This document shows, piece by piece, positions 27,637 to 35,570 of a DNA stretch of 53,178 nt. The DNA is taken from contig JAGOQU010000004.1 of the NCBI GenBank assembly GCA_018063165.1, positions 23,039-76,216 on the forward strand. Reading direction: 5' to 3'. The notes beneath the pieces were generated by a model. The model made no database searches, was not told where the DNA came from, and saw nothing but the letters and a program-made list of their open reading frames with translations. A program made the position numbers and the translations under genes. Positions within the stretch are counted from its first letter, which is position 1. Every line of letters starts with the position of its first letter. The stretch is from Minisyncoccota bacterium (GTDB lineage: Bacteria > Patescibacteriota > Minisyncoccia > Phycocordibacterales > UBA5272).

Positions 27637-29145
27637 TTATTGTTTTACCTTAAATTGCTTGCGAATTTGCTGAACCTTTTCTTTATTCTTCTCTTCCATT
27701 TCATCTTTACCAGCTCTTCCCAACTTAGAAAGATCATCCACTGATAGTTTCATAAGAAACGCAGCACGCTCATCCAAATACACTTCTGTATTTTTTTCTG
27801 GGTTTTCGAGAACTTCGTCAAACAAAGCATGTAAAACATAACCAATCTTTGGACCTGCCGTTTCCTGTGTAACGTCCATAATACGTTTCCCGTCTGTTTT
27901 GAGCATCTTTAAACTAATAGGATCCTGAAGAGCTTCTTCAATCATAGATTCATACATACGAAGCCTATATGGCTCTTCTTTTGGCCTTCCTGTGCCTATT
28001 CGATCGCAAATACGAAGATTCACTAGATCCCAAATATTATCCTTTCCTACGTTCGTTATAAGCCTTCTGACAGCAGATATCGTAATCTGTTCCGTGTCAG
28101 AAAAGAACATATGCCAACGAACAAACATAGAAACCTTATCCGTTAAGTCTTTAGGGAACTTTAATCTCTCCATTATTTCACGTGTAACGCGTCCACCTAC
28201 GACATCGTGACCATAAAACGTATAATCCCCTTTCTCTTTTGAGAAACGCCTTGTTTCTGGTTTTGCTATGTCATGGAATAATGCAGAGAGTCTCACGTGT
28301 AACGGCCATTTTTTATCTGCTGAATGCTGAAGAGTTCGTAGATTATGTTCCCAAACATCAAAACTATGAGCCTGATTCTGCATAACCCCTATTCCTTTTT
28401 CGAGTTCAGGAACAACAAATCTTAAAATAGAAAGTTCTTTCATGAAAATAATCCCTCTCATTGGATAATCGGTAATGAGTAATTTGCAAAATTCATCTTT
28501 AATTCTTTCACGTGAAATGTTTATGAGTAAATCACTGTTTCTTTCTACACTTTCACGTGTAACGGTATCAATATCAAAATCTAACTGACTCATAAACCGA
28601 ACGGCTCTCATAAGTCTAAGCCCATCTTCTTTAAATCTAAGATCCGCATCTCCAACTGCTTTAAGTATTTTATCTTTAATTGCAGATACTCCGTCAAAAG
28701 GATCAATAACTTCTCCAGTAATAGGATTATATGCTATAGCGTTACATGTGAAATCTCTTCGCTTTAGATCGTCTTCTATATGTTTACTCCACATAACTTC
28801 ATCAGGATGACGATTATCTGAGTACGTTGTTTCTAAACGATATGGTGTTACTTCAACTATTTTAACTGTTTCATCACTACACACAGGTAAATTTTCTTCA
28901 CCACATGTTACAACCCCTACCGTTCCAAATGAGTTTTCATAAAAAGTTTTTGGGAACAGAGCTATTATCTCTTCAGGTGTTGCATTTGTTGTTATATCAA
29001 AATCTTTAGGTTTCACACCCATAATAAGATCACGAACACATCCTCCAACAAGAAACGCTTCAAAAGAAGCACCTTGTAATACTGCGAGAACCATGAGAAC
29101 CTCTTTTGGTATTGTTATACCTTGTAATTCCTGTATTTGTTTCAT
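27637..29145 (-). CDS. cca: CCA-adding tRNA nucleotidyltransferase with HD domain
   Basis: GGCVRDLIMG..PKDFDITT nucleotidyltransferase head, RDFTCNA, and an HD-domain LFHDIAKP. This is consistent with tRNA genes here lacking encoded CCA. Confidence 0.88.
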   Translation of the reverse strand: MKQIQELQGITIPKEVLMVLAVLQGASFEAFLVGGCVRDLIMGVKPKDFDITTNATPEEIIALFPKTFYENSFGTVGVVTCGEENLPVCSDETVKIVEVTPYRLETTYSDNRHPDEVMWSKHIEDDLKRRDFTCNAIAYNPITGEVIDPFDGVSAIKDKILKAVGDADLRFKEDGLRLMRAVRFMSQLDFDIDTVTRESVERNSDLLINISRERIKDEFCKLLITDYPMRGIIFMKELSILRFVVPELEKGIGVMQNQAHSFDVWEHNLRTLQHSADKKWPLHVRLSALFHDIAKPETRRFSKEKGDYTFYGHDVVGGRVTREIMERLKFPKDLTDKVSMFVRWHMFFSDTEQITISAVRRLITNVGKDNIWDLVNLRICDRIGTGRPKEEPYRLRMYESMIEEALQDPISLKMLKTDGKRIMDVTQETAGPKIGYVLHALFDEVLENPEKNTEVYLDERAAFLMKLSVDDLSKLGRAGKDEMEEKNKEKVQQIRKQFKVKQ

Positions 29146-29175
29146 AGATTATGCTAGTATAGCATTATAAAATAA

Positions 29176-29247
29176 GCTTCCATGGTGAAATGGATATCAC
29201 AACGGTCTTCGGAACCGTCGTTCCAGGTTCGAATCCTGGTGGGAGCA
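29176..29247 (+). tRNA. tRNA-Arg (anticodon UCG)
   Basis: Hand-folded. Acceptor GCTTCCA/TGGGAGC, D arm GTGA..TCAC, anticodon arm ACGGT-CTTCGGA-ACCGT, T arm CCAGG-TTCGAAT-CCTGG, discriminator A. No CCA. Confidence 0.9.
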
Positions 29248-29275
29248 CAAAAATAAGAGTGAAACGAGTACTTTT

Positions 29276-29321
29276 GTACTCCCACAGCATATCACCTGCG
29301 TGATATGCGTCAGGATTCGAA
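29276..29321. repeat. inverted copy of the tRNA-Arg 3' end interrupted by a 22-nt hairpin
   Basis: GTACTCCCAC-a-[GCATATCAC CTGC GTGATATGC]-gt-CAGGATTCGAA. The flanks are the reverse complement of the tRNA-Arg acceptor 3' strand (CTCCCA) and T-stem/loop (11/11). Confidence 0.8.
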
Positions 29322-29471
29322 AGTTCGGAGTATGTTTTGCTAGCAAGCAAAACAACGAGAAGCGGCTGATTAGTAAATCATGCCATGAGGCCAAAGCGAG
29401 TAAATTTTTACGAAAAAAATTTAACTTGTGGGAGAAATTCCTGGTGGGAATACTTACATCAAAAATACTTC

Positions 29472-29489
29472 GTGACCGAATCCTGGTGG
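29472..29489 (+). repeat. direct partial copy of the tRNA-Arg 3' end starting in the T-loop (GTGAC|CGAATCCTGGTGG)
   Basis: CGAATCCTGGTGG is identical to tRNA-Arg positions 29230-29242. A second looser copy, TTCCTGGTGGGA, lies at 29438-29449. Confidence 0.7.
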
Positions 29490-29569
29490 AATTAAGTTTA
29501 AGAAACGTTACACATGTAACAAGCATGGTTAATTTCCAATGTTTCACTGATAAAGAAATTAAGAACTCA

Positions 29570-29583
29570 GAGGAATCGGTCAC
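29570..29583 (-). repeat. direct partial copy of the tRNA-Gly(GCC) T-loop region preceded by GTGAC
   Basis: The minus strand reads GTGAC|CGATTCCTC, against the tRNA-Gly CGATTCTCC. It forms a 12-nt inverted repeat (1 mismatch) with 29472-29483. Confidence 0.55.
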
Positions 29584-29711
29584 TTCGTCTCGTTTAAGAT
29601 TTATTTTTATTCAAAACTGCGTCCAAGACGTGAATATAGTGACTCAGAATTACTAATTCAAAAATAAAAGACTTCTCGCTTGTTCCAAGAACCGAATCTG
29701 CTGATTCGCCT

Positions 29712-29757
29712 ATTCGATTCTCCACGCAAGCCAAGCGGTTGGCTTGCTTACATACAC
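29712..29757. repeat. inverted copy of the tRNA-Gly(GCC) 3' end interrupted by a 22-nt hairpin
   Basis: The minus strand reads GTGTATGTAA-[GCAAGCCAA CCGC TTGGCTTGC]-gt-GGAGAATCGAAT. GGAGAATCGAA is the reverse complement (11/11) of the tRNA-Gly T-loop/T-stem. The acceptor part has diverged. Confidence 0.75.
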
Positions 29758-29783
29758 AAAATTCTCGTTTCACTCGTATTTTG

Positions 29784-29854
29784 TGCGGCGTAGGAGAATC
29801 GAACTCCTGTCTCAACCTTGGCAAGGTCGTGTTCTACCACTAAACCAACACCGC
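29784..29854 (-). tRNA. tRNA-Gly (anticodon GCC)
   Basis: Hand-folded. Acceptor GCGGTGT/ACGCCGC, D arm GTTT..GAAC, anticodon arm CGACC-TTGCCAA-GGTTG, T arm AGGAG-TTCGATT-CTCCT, discriminator A. No CCA. Confidence 0.9.
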
Positions 29855-29970
29855 ATTGATTGTCATTCTAACATGAGAAATGTACATTGAAAAGATTTTT
29901 TGTTAATAAGTAGGATATACTATAAAAGTCTTGAAGACTTTTATAAAAATACTTACATAAAGGAAAAACC

Positions 29971-30070
29971 AAACTGTGGATAACCCTGTGAGTAGCGTGT
30001 ATAAGAGACAGGTGTTAAGGACTTACAAGACATTGAGGACAGAGCTTACTATTCCAATAAAACCTTATAG
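29971..30070 (+). repeat. short diverged relative of the 234-bp repeat (opposite orientation)
   Basis: It shares, in order, with the reverse complement of 35571-35804: a TTATCCACA-type 9-mer (here inverted, TGTGGATAA at 29975-29983), ATAAGAGACAG, TTAAGGAC, GAGGAC and CAATAAAACCTTA. Confidence 0.55.
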
Positions 30071-30164
30071 GTAAAGGTATTTTAAAAAGTCATCATTATT
30101 TTTTGATATATACATAAGACAGACGTTTCACGTGAAACAATTTTTATACACAATATTTTTTATG

Positions 30165-30557
30165 GCAGAACATAATGAAATAGGGAAAATAGGAGAAGAA
30201 ATAACAAGGAAATTTTTACACTCTTGTAATTTTATTCTTATTGAATGTAATTACAGAACTCGCTTTGGTGAAATAGACATTATTGCCAAAAAAGACAACA
30301 AACTACACTTTATTGAAGTTAAAAGTGTAAAAGTCAAAAATTTTGATACTCTAGATAAACTTACTATTAAACCAGAAGACAATTTAACTTTTGCTAAATG
30401 GTCAAAACTTATTATAACTATCGAGCAATACTTAAAACACAAAAACGTTTCTCATGAAACACGTTTTCAAATAGATTTAGCTTGTGTATATGTTAACACT
30501 GAAACAAGGCAGGGACTTGTAAAACTACTAGAAAATGTACACAAAGAAAAACTATAA
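30165..30557 (+). CDS. yraN: YraN family (UPF0102) endonuclease-like protein
   Basis: GKIGEEITRKFL...NYRTRFGEIDIIAKKDNKLHFIEVKS is the YraN core. Met at 30165 is preferred over the track start 30132. Confidence 0.85.
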   Translation, partial: AEHNEIGKIGEEITRKFLHSCNFILIECNYRTRFGEIDIIAKKDNKLHFIEVKSVKVKNFDTLDKLTIKPEDNLTFAKWSKLIITIEQYLKHKNVSHETRFQIDLACVYVNTETRQGLVKLLENVHKEKL

Positions 30558-30584
30558 AAGACCAGCATTATGTTGGTCTTTTAT
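30554..30584. terminator. bidirectional terminator between yraN and tRNA-Pro
   Basis: ATAAAAGACCAGCA-tta-TGTTGGTCTTTTAT with one G-T pair. Confidence 0.65.
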
Positions 30585-30589
30585 ATTAG

Positions 30590-30662
30590 TCGGAATGCCG
30601 GGATTCGAACCCGGAGTCACCTGGTCCCAAACCAGGGATGTTAGCCGTTACACCACATTCCG
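30590..30662 (-). tRNA. tRNA-Pro (anticodon UGG)
   Basis: Hand-folded. Acceptor CGGAATG/CATTCCG with C1-G72 as in bacterial tRNA-Pro, anticodon arm CCTGG-TTTGGGA-CCAGG, T arm CCGGG-TTCGAAT-CCCGG, discriminator A. No CCA. Confidence 0.9.
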
Positions 30663-30798
30663 ATATTTGTACACATAAAAGTTTCTATAACTTTATCTAT
30701 GTATACTATCATATTTTTAAAAAAATGCATGTGTTTTTTACAATGTGTAAATCACTACTAGAAAAAAAATAGAAAATATAGTAGTATAGTAAATATAA

Positions 30799-30869
30799 GC
30801 GGTGTTGGTTTAGTGGTAGAATGCCTGCCTTCCAAGCAGGAGACAAGAGTTCGATTCTCTTACGCCGCA
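30799..30869 (+). tRNA. tRNA-Gly (anticodon UCC)
   Basis: Hand-folded. Acceptor GCGGTGT/ACGCCGC, anticodon arm CCTGC-CTTCCAA-GCAGG, T arm AAGAG-TTCGATT-CTCTT, discriminator A. No CCA. Confidence 0.9.
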
Positions 30870-30874
30870 CAAAG

Positions 30875-30917
30875 ATATACAAAAATACGAAGTACTTTAC
30901 TTCGTATTTTTGTATAT
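30875..30917 (+). terminator. terminator after tRNA-Gly(UCC) (20-bp palindrome)
   Basis: ATATACAAAAATACGAAGTA-ctt-TACTTCGTATTTTTGTATAT. Confidence 0.7.
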
Positions 30918-30923
30918 ACAGTA

Positions 30924-30962
30924 AAAATAAAACACTTCCTTTTTATGGAAGTGTTTTATTTT
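30924..30962 (-). terminator. terminator after hup
   Basis: AAAATAAAACACTTCC-tttttat-GGAAGTGTTTTATTTT. Confidence 0.7.
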
Positions 30963-30990
30963 TGTAAAAAATTACAAAAGAGGGGGTTAA

Positions 30991-31263
30991 TTACTTAACT
31001 GCATCCTTAAGAGCTTTAGCTGCTGAGAACTTAGGCACCTTTGTTGCAGGAACCTTAACTGTCTCACCAGTCTTTGGGTTACGAGCTTCACGAGCTTTAC
31101 GTAGCTTTACAGAGAATTTTCCAATACCTGCAATAGCTACTTCATCTCCTTTTGAAAGGGTTTTTGTAATAGTACCAAAAACTGCCTCTACCACTTCTTC
31201 TGCTTGTACTTTTGTTGAGCCGAGCACTGCGTGTACTGCTTCAACGAGACCTGCTTTGTTCAT
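30991..31263 (-). CDS. hup: DNA-binding protein HU
   Basis: 90 aa. MNKAGLVEAV........A...V.A.F..I...L..GD.V...G.GKF.V..R.AREARNP.TGE.V.VPA..VPKF..AKALKDAV. Confidence 0.93.
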   Translation of the reverse strand: MNKAGLVEAVHAVLGSTKVQAEEVVEAVFGTITKTLSKGDEVAIAGIGKFSVKLRKAREARNPKTGETVKVPATKVPKFSAAKALKDAVK

Positions 31264-31527
31264 ATGAGTTAATGTTATTGATGTTGTGTTTTCCTAGGAC
31301 CACCACACCAAAAAATAAATTTATTAATCTCCCCGTATGCATATAGCAAACGATAGGATAAAATAAGTATATAACGCTAGGTTTTTTGTGCAAGTCATAA
31401 AAACATATATTTAAAAAAAGTCAAAATAAACTACATTACAATTATGTAGTCAGTATAAAAATATGACACTAGTTTACATATCTCACAATTAGATACGTTC
31501 CTATAAAAGAACCAATTAATAAGGGTA

Positions 31528-31719
31528 TTAGGTACATATAGTTTTTTTATACGAAATAACTGTGAATGCTGTTAATACATGAATAAGAGATCCGGAGACA
31601 GCGGATTGAAAGGCTTTCTTTTCCACAACTTTAATTGTATAGAGTGCATATAGTGCATCTATACATAATGTTGCAACAAGAACAGAAAAAAATATAGTAA
31701 CTGATATGTACGTAAGCAT
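31528..31719 (-). CDS. small two-TM membrane protein (weak call)
   Basis: 63-aa hydrophobic ORF starting 4 nt after the rny terminator hairpin. No RBS recognised. Confidence 0.3.
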   Translation of the reverse strand: MLTYISVTIFFSVLVATLCIDALYALYTIKVVEKKAFQSAVSGSLIHVLTAFTVISYKKTICT

Positions 31720-31722
31720 ACA

Positions 31723-31759
31723 ATACAGTAAGCGCGGCCGAAGGCCGCGCTTACTGTAT
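31723..31759. terminator. GC-rich hairpin after rny (17-bp stem, GAA loop)
   Basis: ATACAGTAAGCGCGGCC-gaa-GGCCGCGCTTACTGTAT. The T run is only on the plus-strand side. The 23-nt core is identical to the hairpin at 37623-37663. Confidence 0.6.
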
Positions 31760-31782
31760 TTTTTTAAAATAATGTTGCAACT

Positions 31783-33309
31783 TTATCTAGCAAACTCAAT
31801 TGAACGAGATTCACGTATAACATGTATTTTTATTTCACCAGGAAAACGTAACTCTTGCTCAACACGAAGTGCAATATTACGAGCAAGATTTCTTGCTTCT
31901 ATATCATTAACAAGGAGAGGGGACACGAAAACACGTATTTCCCTTCCTGCTTGAAGAGCATATACCCTCTCAATGCCCGTAAATGACATTGCAAGGGCTT
32001 CCAAATCCTCAAGACGCTTAATATACCTATCCACTGTATCACGTCTTGCCCCAGGTCTTCCTCCGCTTATAGCATCAGCAACTTGAACTATAACACTTTC
32101 AACAGTTTCGTACGGATATTCTTCATGATGTGCCTGCATAGCAAGAATAACACGTTCGTCTACTCCATACTTTGCAAGTATCTTTCTTCCTATTTCAACA
32201 TGAGTACCTTGTATTTCATGATCCACAGCTTTTCCTATGTCATGAAGAAGGGCTCCAGCTTTTGCAACATGCACATCTGCACCAAGCTCACTAGCTAAAA
32301 CACCAGCAATATGAGCCATTTCTATTGAATGATCAAGCACATTTTGCCCATAGCTTGTTCTAAAATATAAACGACCAATAATTGGAATAAGTAAAGGTGG
32401 TACAGACAGAAGTCCGCACACAAGAACAGCTTCTTCTCCTTTTTTTTGCATAAACACACCGATGTCTTTTTTTGCTTTTTCTAAACACTCTTCAATTTTT
32501 GCAGGTTGTATACGTCCATCTTTTATAAGCATTTCAAGCGCATTCTTTGCAATTGCTCGACGTACAGGATCAAAACAAGAAATAACAATACCATTTGGAA
32601 CCTCATCAACAAGAACTTCAACACCAGAAAGCCTTTCAAAAGATTTAATGTTACGACCTTCTTTCCCTATCACTTTTCCTTTTATTTCTTCATCAGCAAT
32701 TTCAACAGTAGCTGTCATAAACTGAGAAATAGGGCCATTCGCTATACGATATATACTACTTACCAATATATCTTTTGCTTTCTCTTCAAACCTCGCTTCT
32801 CCATCTCTGGTTAACTTTAAAAGTCTCGATTGTATATCTTCTTCTCCTTCTTTGATTATTTTTGAAAAAAGAACATCTTTTGCTTCTTTTTCTGAAAGAG
32901 AAGCTATTTTCTCAAGTTCTTTACGTAAACCTTTTTCTTTTTCTTCTATTCTTTCTTTTATCACTTGCATTTCTTTACTTTTTTCTCGCAAAGAAGCAAT
33001 TTCATCTGAAAGGGAAGTGTCTCTCTTTATAAGCTCTTGCTCACGAATATCCAAACGTTCTTCTTGTTTCCTTATACGTTCTTCACTTCTTTTCATTTCA
33101 TCTCGAAGCAAGCTTGCTTTTGTTAGTGCTTCGTCTTCAATACTACGAGCATCACGCTTAGCTTGAAGTATTTTCTCTTCAAGTTCTGCTTCGATAGAGC
33201 CACGACGAGAAGCTGCTACGTAATGACGAATAACATAACCAGTTACACCACCAATAATCAAAACAACAGCACCTTCAACAAGAAGTATCGGATTCATGTT
33301 ACTTAACAA
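31783..33309 (-). CDS. rny: ribonuclease Y
   Basis: N-terminal TM, long coiled coil, KH domain ([15 protein letters not shown]) and HD domain (LLHDIGKA). Confidence 0.93.
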   Translation of the reverse strand: MLSNMNPILLVEGAVVLIIGGVTGYVIRHYVAASRRGSIEAELEEKILQAKRDARSIEDEALTKASLLRDEMKRSEERIRKQEERLDIREQELIKRDTSLSDEIASLREKSKEMQVIKERIEEKEKGLRKELEKIASLSEKEAKDVLFSKIIKEGEEDIQSRLLKLTRDGEARFEEKAKDILVSSIYRIANGPISQFMTATVEIADEEIKGKVIGKEGRNIKSFERLSGVEVLVDEVPNGIVISCFDPVRRAIAKNALEMLIKDGRIQPAKIEECLEKAKKDIGVFMQKKGEEAVLVCGLLSVPPLLIPIIGRLYFRTSYGQNVLDHSIEMAHIAGVLASELGADVHVAKAGALLHDIGKAVDHEIQGTHVEIGRKILAKYGVDERVILAMQAHHEEYPYETVESVIVQVADAISGGRPGARRDTVDRYIKRLEDLEALAMSFTGIERVYALQAGREIRVFVSPLLVNDIEARNLARNIALRVEQELRFPGEIKIHVIRESRSIEFAR

Positions 33310-33886
33310 CCTTAGGTTTTAACACCTGATCTACGATCCCATATTTTTTTGCCTCATCCGATGACATCCAATAGTCTCTATCACTATCTTTTTCTATTTG
33401 TGCTTTTGTTTTACCTGTTGCAGTAACAAGCATTTCATATAACTTATCTTTAAGTCTGAGTATGTGCTTTGCTGTTATTTCGATATCTGACGCCTGACCT
33501 TCAACACCTGTAAGCGGTTGATGTATCATCACTTCTGAGTTTGGAAGTACATATCTCTTTCCTTTTGCCCCTTGAGAAAGGATCATTGCACCCATAGATG
33601 CCGCCATTCCAGTACAAATCGTTGATACATCAGGTTTAATATGATGCATAGTATCTATAATAGCCATACCAGCCTGAATGCTTCCACCAGGGGAGTTAAT
33701 ATATAGCGTTATATCTTTTTTTGGGTCTTCTGATTCAAGAAAAAGAAGTTGAGCCACAACAAGAGATGCTGTATGCTGATTTACTTCATCGTGAAGAAAA
33801 ATAATTCTTTCTTTTAACAGACGTGAGTAGATATCGTACGCACGTTCACCGAACTGACTTTTTTCAATAACTGTTGGAATTAACAT
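33299..33886 (-). CDS. clpP: ATP-dependent Clp protease proteolytic subunit
   Basis: IPTVIE....[34 protein letters not shown] and IHQP are ClpP signatures. It overlaps the rny start by 11 nt. Confidence 0.95.
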   Translation of the reverse strand: MLIPTVIEKSQFGERAYDIYSRLLKERIIFLHDEVNQHTASLVVAQLLFLESEDPKKDITLYINSPGGSIQAGMAIIDTMHHIKPDVSTICTGMAASMGAMILSQGAKGKRYVLPNSEVMIHQPLTGVEGQASDIEITAKHILRLKDKLYEMLVTATGKTKAQIEKDSDRDYWMSSDEAKKYGIVDQVLKPKVVK

Positions 33887-34071
33887 ACAAATATAATCAA
33901 ATTATAGAGATTACAAAACAGTTTTAATACTGTTTTTTTATTTAATAATACACACAAAAAATAATTCAAAAAGGTATAAATTCTGGGAATACACTCATTC
34001 TTTTCTTTACTGGATACTCGCACTATACCATAAGAGTTGAAAGCTGTATTTATTGACAGAATATAAAAAAT

Positions 34072-34326
34072 ATGGTAGGACATGGTGACCTTAGTTACTC
34101 TTTATTATTAGAAGGTAAAAACACTTTTATGGAACCTATTATTTCTGAAACATCTACAGGGCTTGTTGTAAGCATTGATGGTGTTTCTTACCTTATGGAA
34201 TGGATTGACTCTATGCTCAAAGTTACTGGACCAGATGTTTGTTATTACATTGTAGAAACAGCACGTGGTATAGAACAGGCGAATTGCGCATTAAACACTT
34301 TTATACTGCTTATTCCTAACTATTAA
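34072..34326 (+). CDS. hypothetical small protein (weak call)
   Basis: 84-aa ORF, with an alternative Met at 34129. No family or clear RBS. Confidence 0.35.
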   Translation: MVGHGDLSYSLLLEGKNTFMEPIISETSTGLVVSIDGVSYLMEWIDSMLKVTGPDVCYYIVETARGIEQANCALNTFILLIPNY

Positions 34327-34338
34327 AGAGTTACCCAA

Positions 34339-34770
34339 ATGTTTATTGTTATGAAAAAAATTATACTATCGTGTATATTCTTATGTGTTCCATTTTTTAG
34401 TTATGCAGAAACAGACAGTGGTGTAATTTCACATACCATACTACAAGACATCAACATATACAGAAAGGCATACAATCTTCCACCAATACAAGAAGAAACT
34501 TCTTTATGTAAGCTCGCAACCACAAGAGTTAAACAAGTTATATCAGATTGGAGCCATGATCAATTCCAAATTGAGATTGATGCGATAGAAAATATGAATG
34601 GGGTGTTCTATGAAAATCTAGCAAGAACATATACAACGAAAGATGTTGTATATATGTGGAGTCTTTCAAAAAATGGACACAATGAAACAATGCTTAGATC
34701 TGATATGGTATACGGGTGTGTTGCTAAAGTAGGGGAAACATATGCATTTGAAGGATATTCTCCTAAGTAA
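34339..34770 (+). CDS. secreted CAP/SCP (YkwD-like) domain protein
   Basis: Signal peptide, then INIYRKAYNLPP....LC.LA..R........SHD.F........YENLA.......V...W..S..GHNETML....YGC. This is the CAP-domain pattern. Confidence 0.7.
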   Translation: MFIVMKKIILSCIFLCVPFFSYAETDSGVISHTILQDINIYRKAYNLPPIQEETSLCKLATTRVKQVISDWSHDQFQIEIDAIENMNGVFYENLARTYTTKDVVYMWSLSKNGHNETMLRSDMVYGCVAKVGETYAFEGYSPK

Positions 34771-34808
34771 AGAGTAATTTAGAAAAAAATATAATTCCTT
34801 ATGTTTAT

Positions 34809-34838
34809 ATAAAAAGCCTTTAATATAAGGCTTTTTAT
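34809..34838 (+). terminator. terminator after CAP-domain gene
   Basis: ATAAAAAGCCTT-taatat-AAGGCTTTTTAT. Confidence 0.7.
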
Positions 34839-34960
34839 GTTTTATTGTGTAATAAACTGCTTGACAAAATAGCATTTATATGATACAATAATAACATCAG
34901 TTAGGTATTGAAATTGGTTCAATATATAACGATATTGCTCTTTAACTTTTGGAGGTTATC

Positions 34961-35344
34961 ATGTGGACATTCATTAAAACCGTTATGAATTTTGTATTAA
35001 AATACAAGATTCAGATCTGGCTCGGCCTTTCAGTTTTCGTGCTCCTCTTTGTTGATGGGTATCGCATACAAGGATTCTTGTCTACTATTGTTGCAGGGGT
35101 TGTCCTCACCAACAACACTGGTAATGTGTTAAACTTTTTTGTTAAGTATCTCACGATACTTGTCAAAAAGTTTTTCTTCATTGCCGTCGGAGGAAAGGGG
35201 GTGTCGCTCTCATTATTTGCCAACGGCACACTTCTTATGCTCGTTGGAATGATGAGCGCCAACCCTCTTATCCCAGCAATCGGAGGAGTGGGCATCATCC
35301 TCAGTATTATTGTTGCTGTGGGAAACGCAGCCAATAAAAAATAA
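34961..35344 (+). CDS. small integral membrane protein, hypothetical
   Basis: ATG at 34961 is preceded by GGAGG (5-nt spacing). Four hydrophobic helices. The track start 34949 is a TTG inside the RBS. Confidence 0.6.
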   Translation: MWTFIKTVMNFVLKYKIQIWLGLSVFVLLFVDGYRIQGFLSTIVAGVVLTNNTGNVLNFFVKYLTILVKKFFFIAVGGKGVSLSLFANGTLLMLVGMMSANPLIPAIGGVGIILSIIVAVGNAANKK

Positions 35345-35356
35345 TACTACCCCGTT

Positions 35357-35386
35357 AAAAGCGGTCCTTACGGACCGCTTTTTTTA
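35357..35386 (+). terminator. terminator (GCGGTCC-ttac-GGACCGC plus T7)
   Basis: AAAAGCGGTCC-ttac-GGACCGCTTTTTTT, 13 nt after the stop. Confidence 0.8.
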
Positions 35387-35410
35387 ATTTTGTATACCAC
35401 CAGAAAGAAA

Positions 35411-35462
35411 AAACCCCTGCATTATAGGTCCGAATAATTTCAGACACATAATGCAGGGGTTT
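35411..35462 (-). terminator. 15-bp hairpin at the end of repeat module 1 (better T run on the minus strand)
   Basis: AAACCCCTGCATTAT-22 nt-ATAATGCAGGGGTTT. The minus strand continues TTTTTTCTTTC. Confidence 0.45.
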
Positions 35463-35480
35463 CTCAAAAAGAGATTATAG

Positions 35481-35505
35481 CTACATGGGAATCACTTCCT
35501 AAAAG
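35481..35505. repeat. 25-nt conserved box, copy 1
   Basis: CTACATGGGAATCACTTCCTAAAAG is identical to 36051-36075. It contains GGAA-GTGA-TTCC, read on the minus strand. Confidence 0.85.
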
Positions 35506-35570
35506 CTGATAAAAGAACTAATCTAAAACTATTCTAGCAATATCTAGGCATATGTATGTAGTTTTATATA

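Noticed and set aside
29248-29783. tmRNA, RNase P RNA, SRP RNA or 6S RNA in the 535-nt ORF-free spacer (GCTGATTCGCCTATTCGATTC loosely recalls a tmRNA 5' end, and CGAAAGTTCGGAG loosely recalls RNase P P4).
   Set aside because: There is no GGGG...CCA acceptor pairing, no tag reading frame, no GAGGAAAGTCC / ACAGAA..GGCTTA pair and no GGAAGCAGCC SRP motif. The tRNA-like strings are explained by copies of the flanking tRNA genes. Running cmscan would be decisive.
29165-29824. ORFs 29165..29350, 29197..29583, 29300..29656 and 29594..29824 from the six-frame track.
   Set aside because: They overlap tRNA genes and each other, lack RBS sequences, and have low-complexity or odd composition. The region is better explained as noncoding.
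29993-30011. Nextera/Tn5 adapter contamination as the sole explanation of the CTGTCTCTTATACAC 15-mer.
   Set aside because: Only 15 of 19 positions match, and no further adapter sequence follows. Similarity to the 234-bp repeat extends on both sides of it. It is kept as a caveat in the corresponding finding because read-level inspection is needed.
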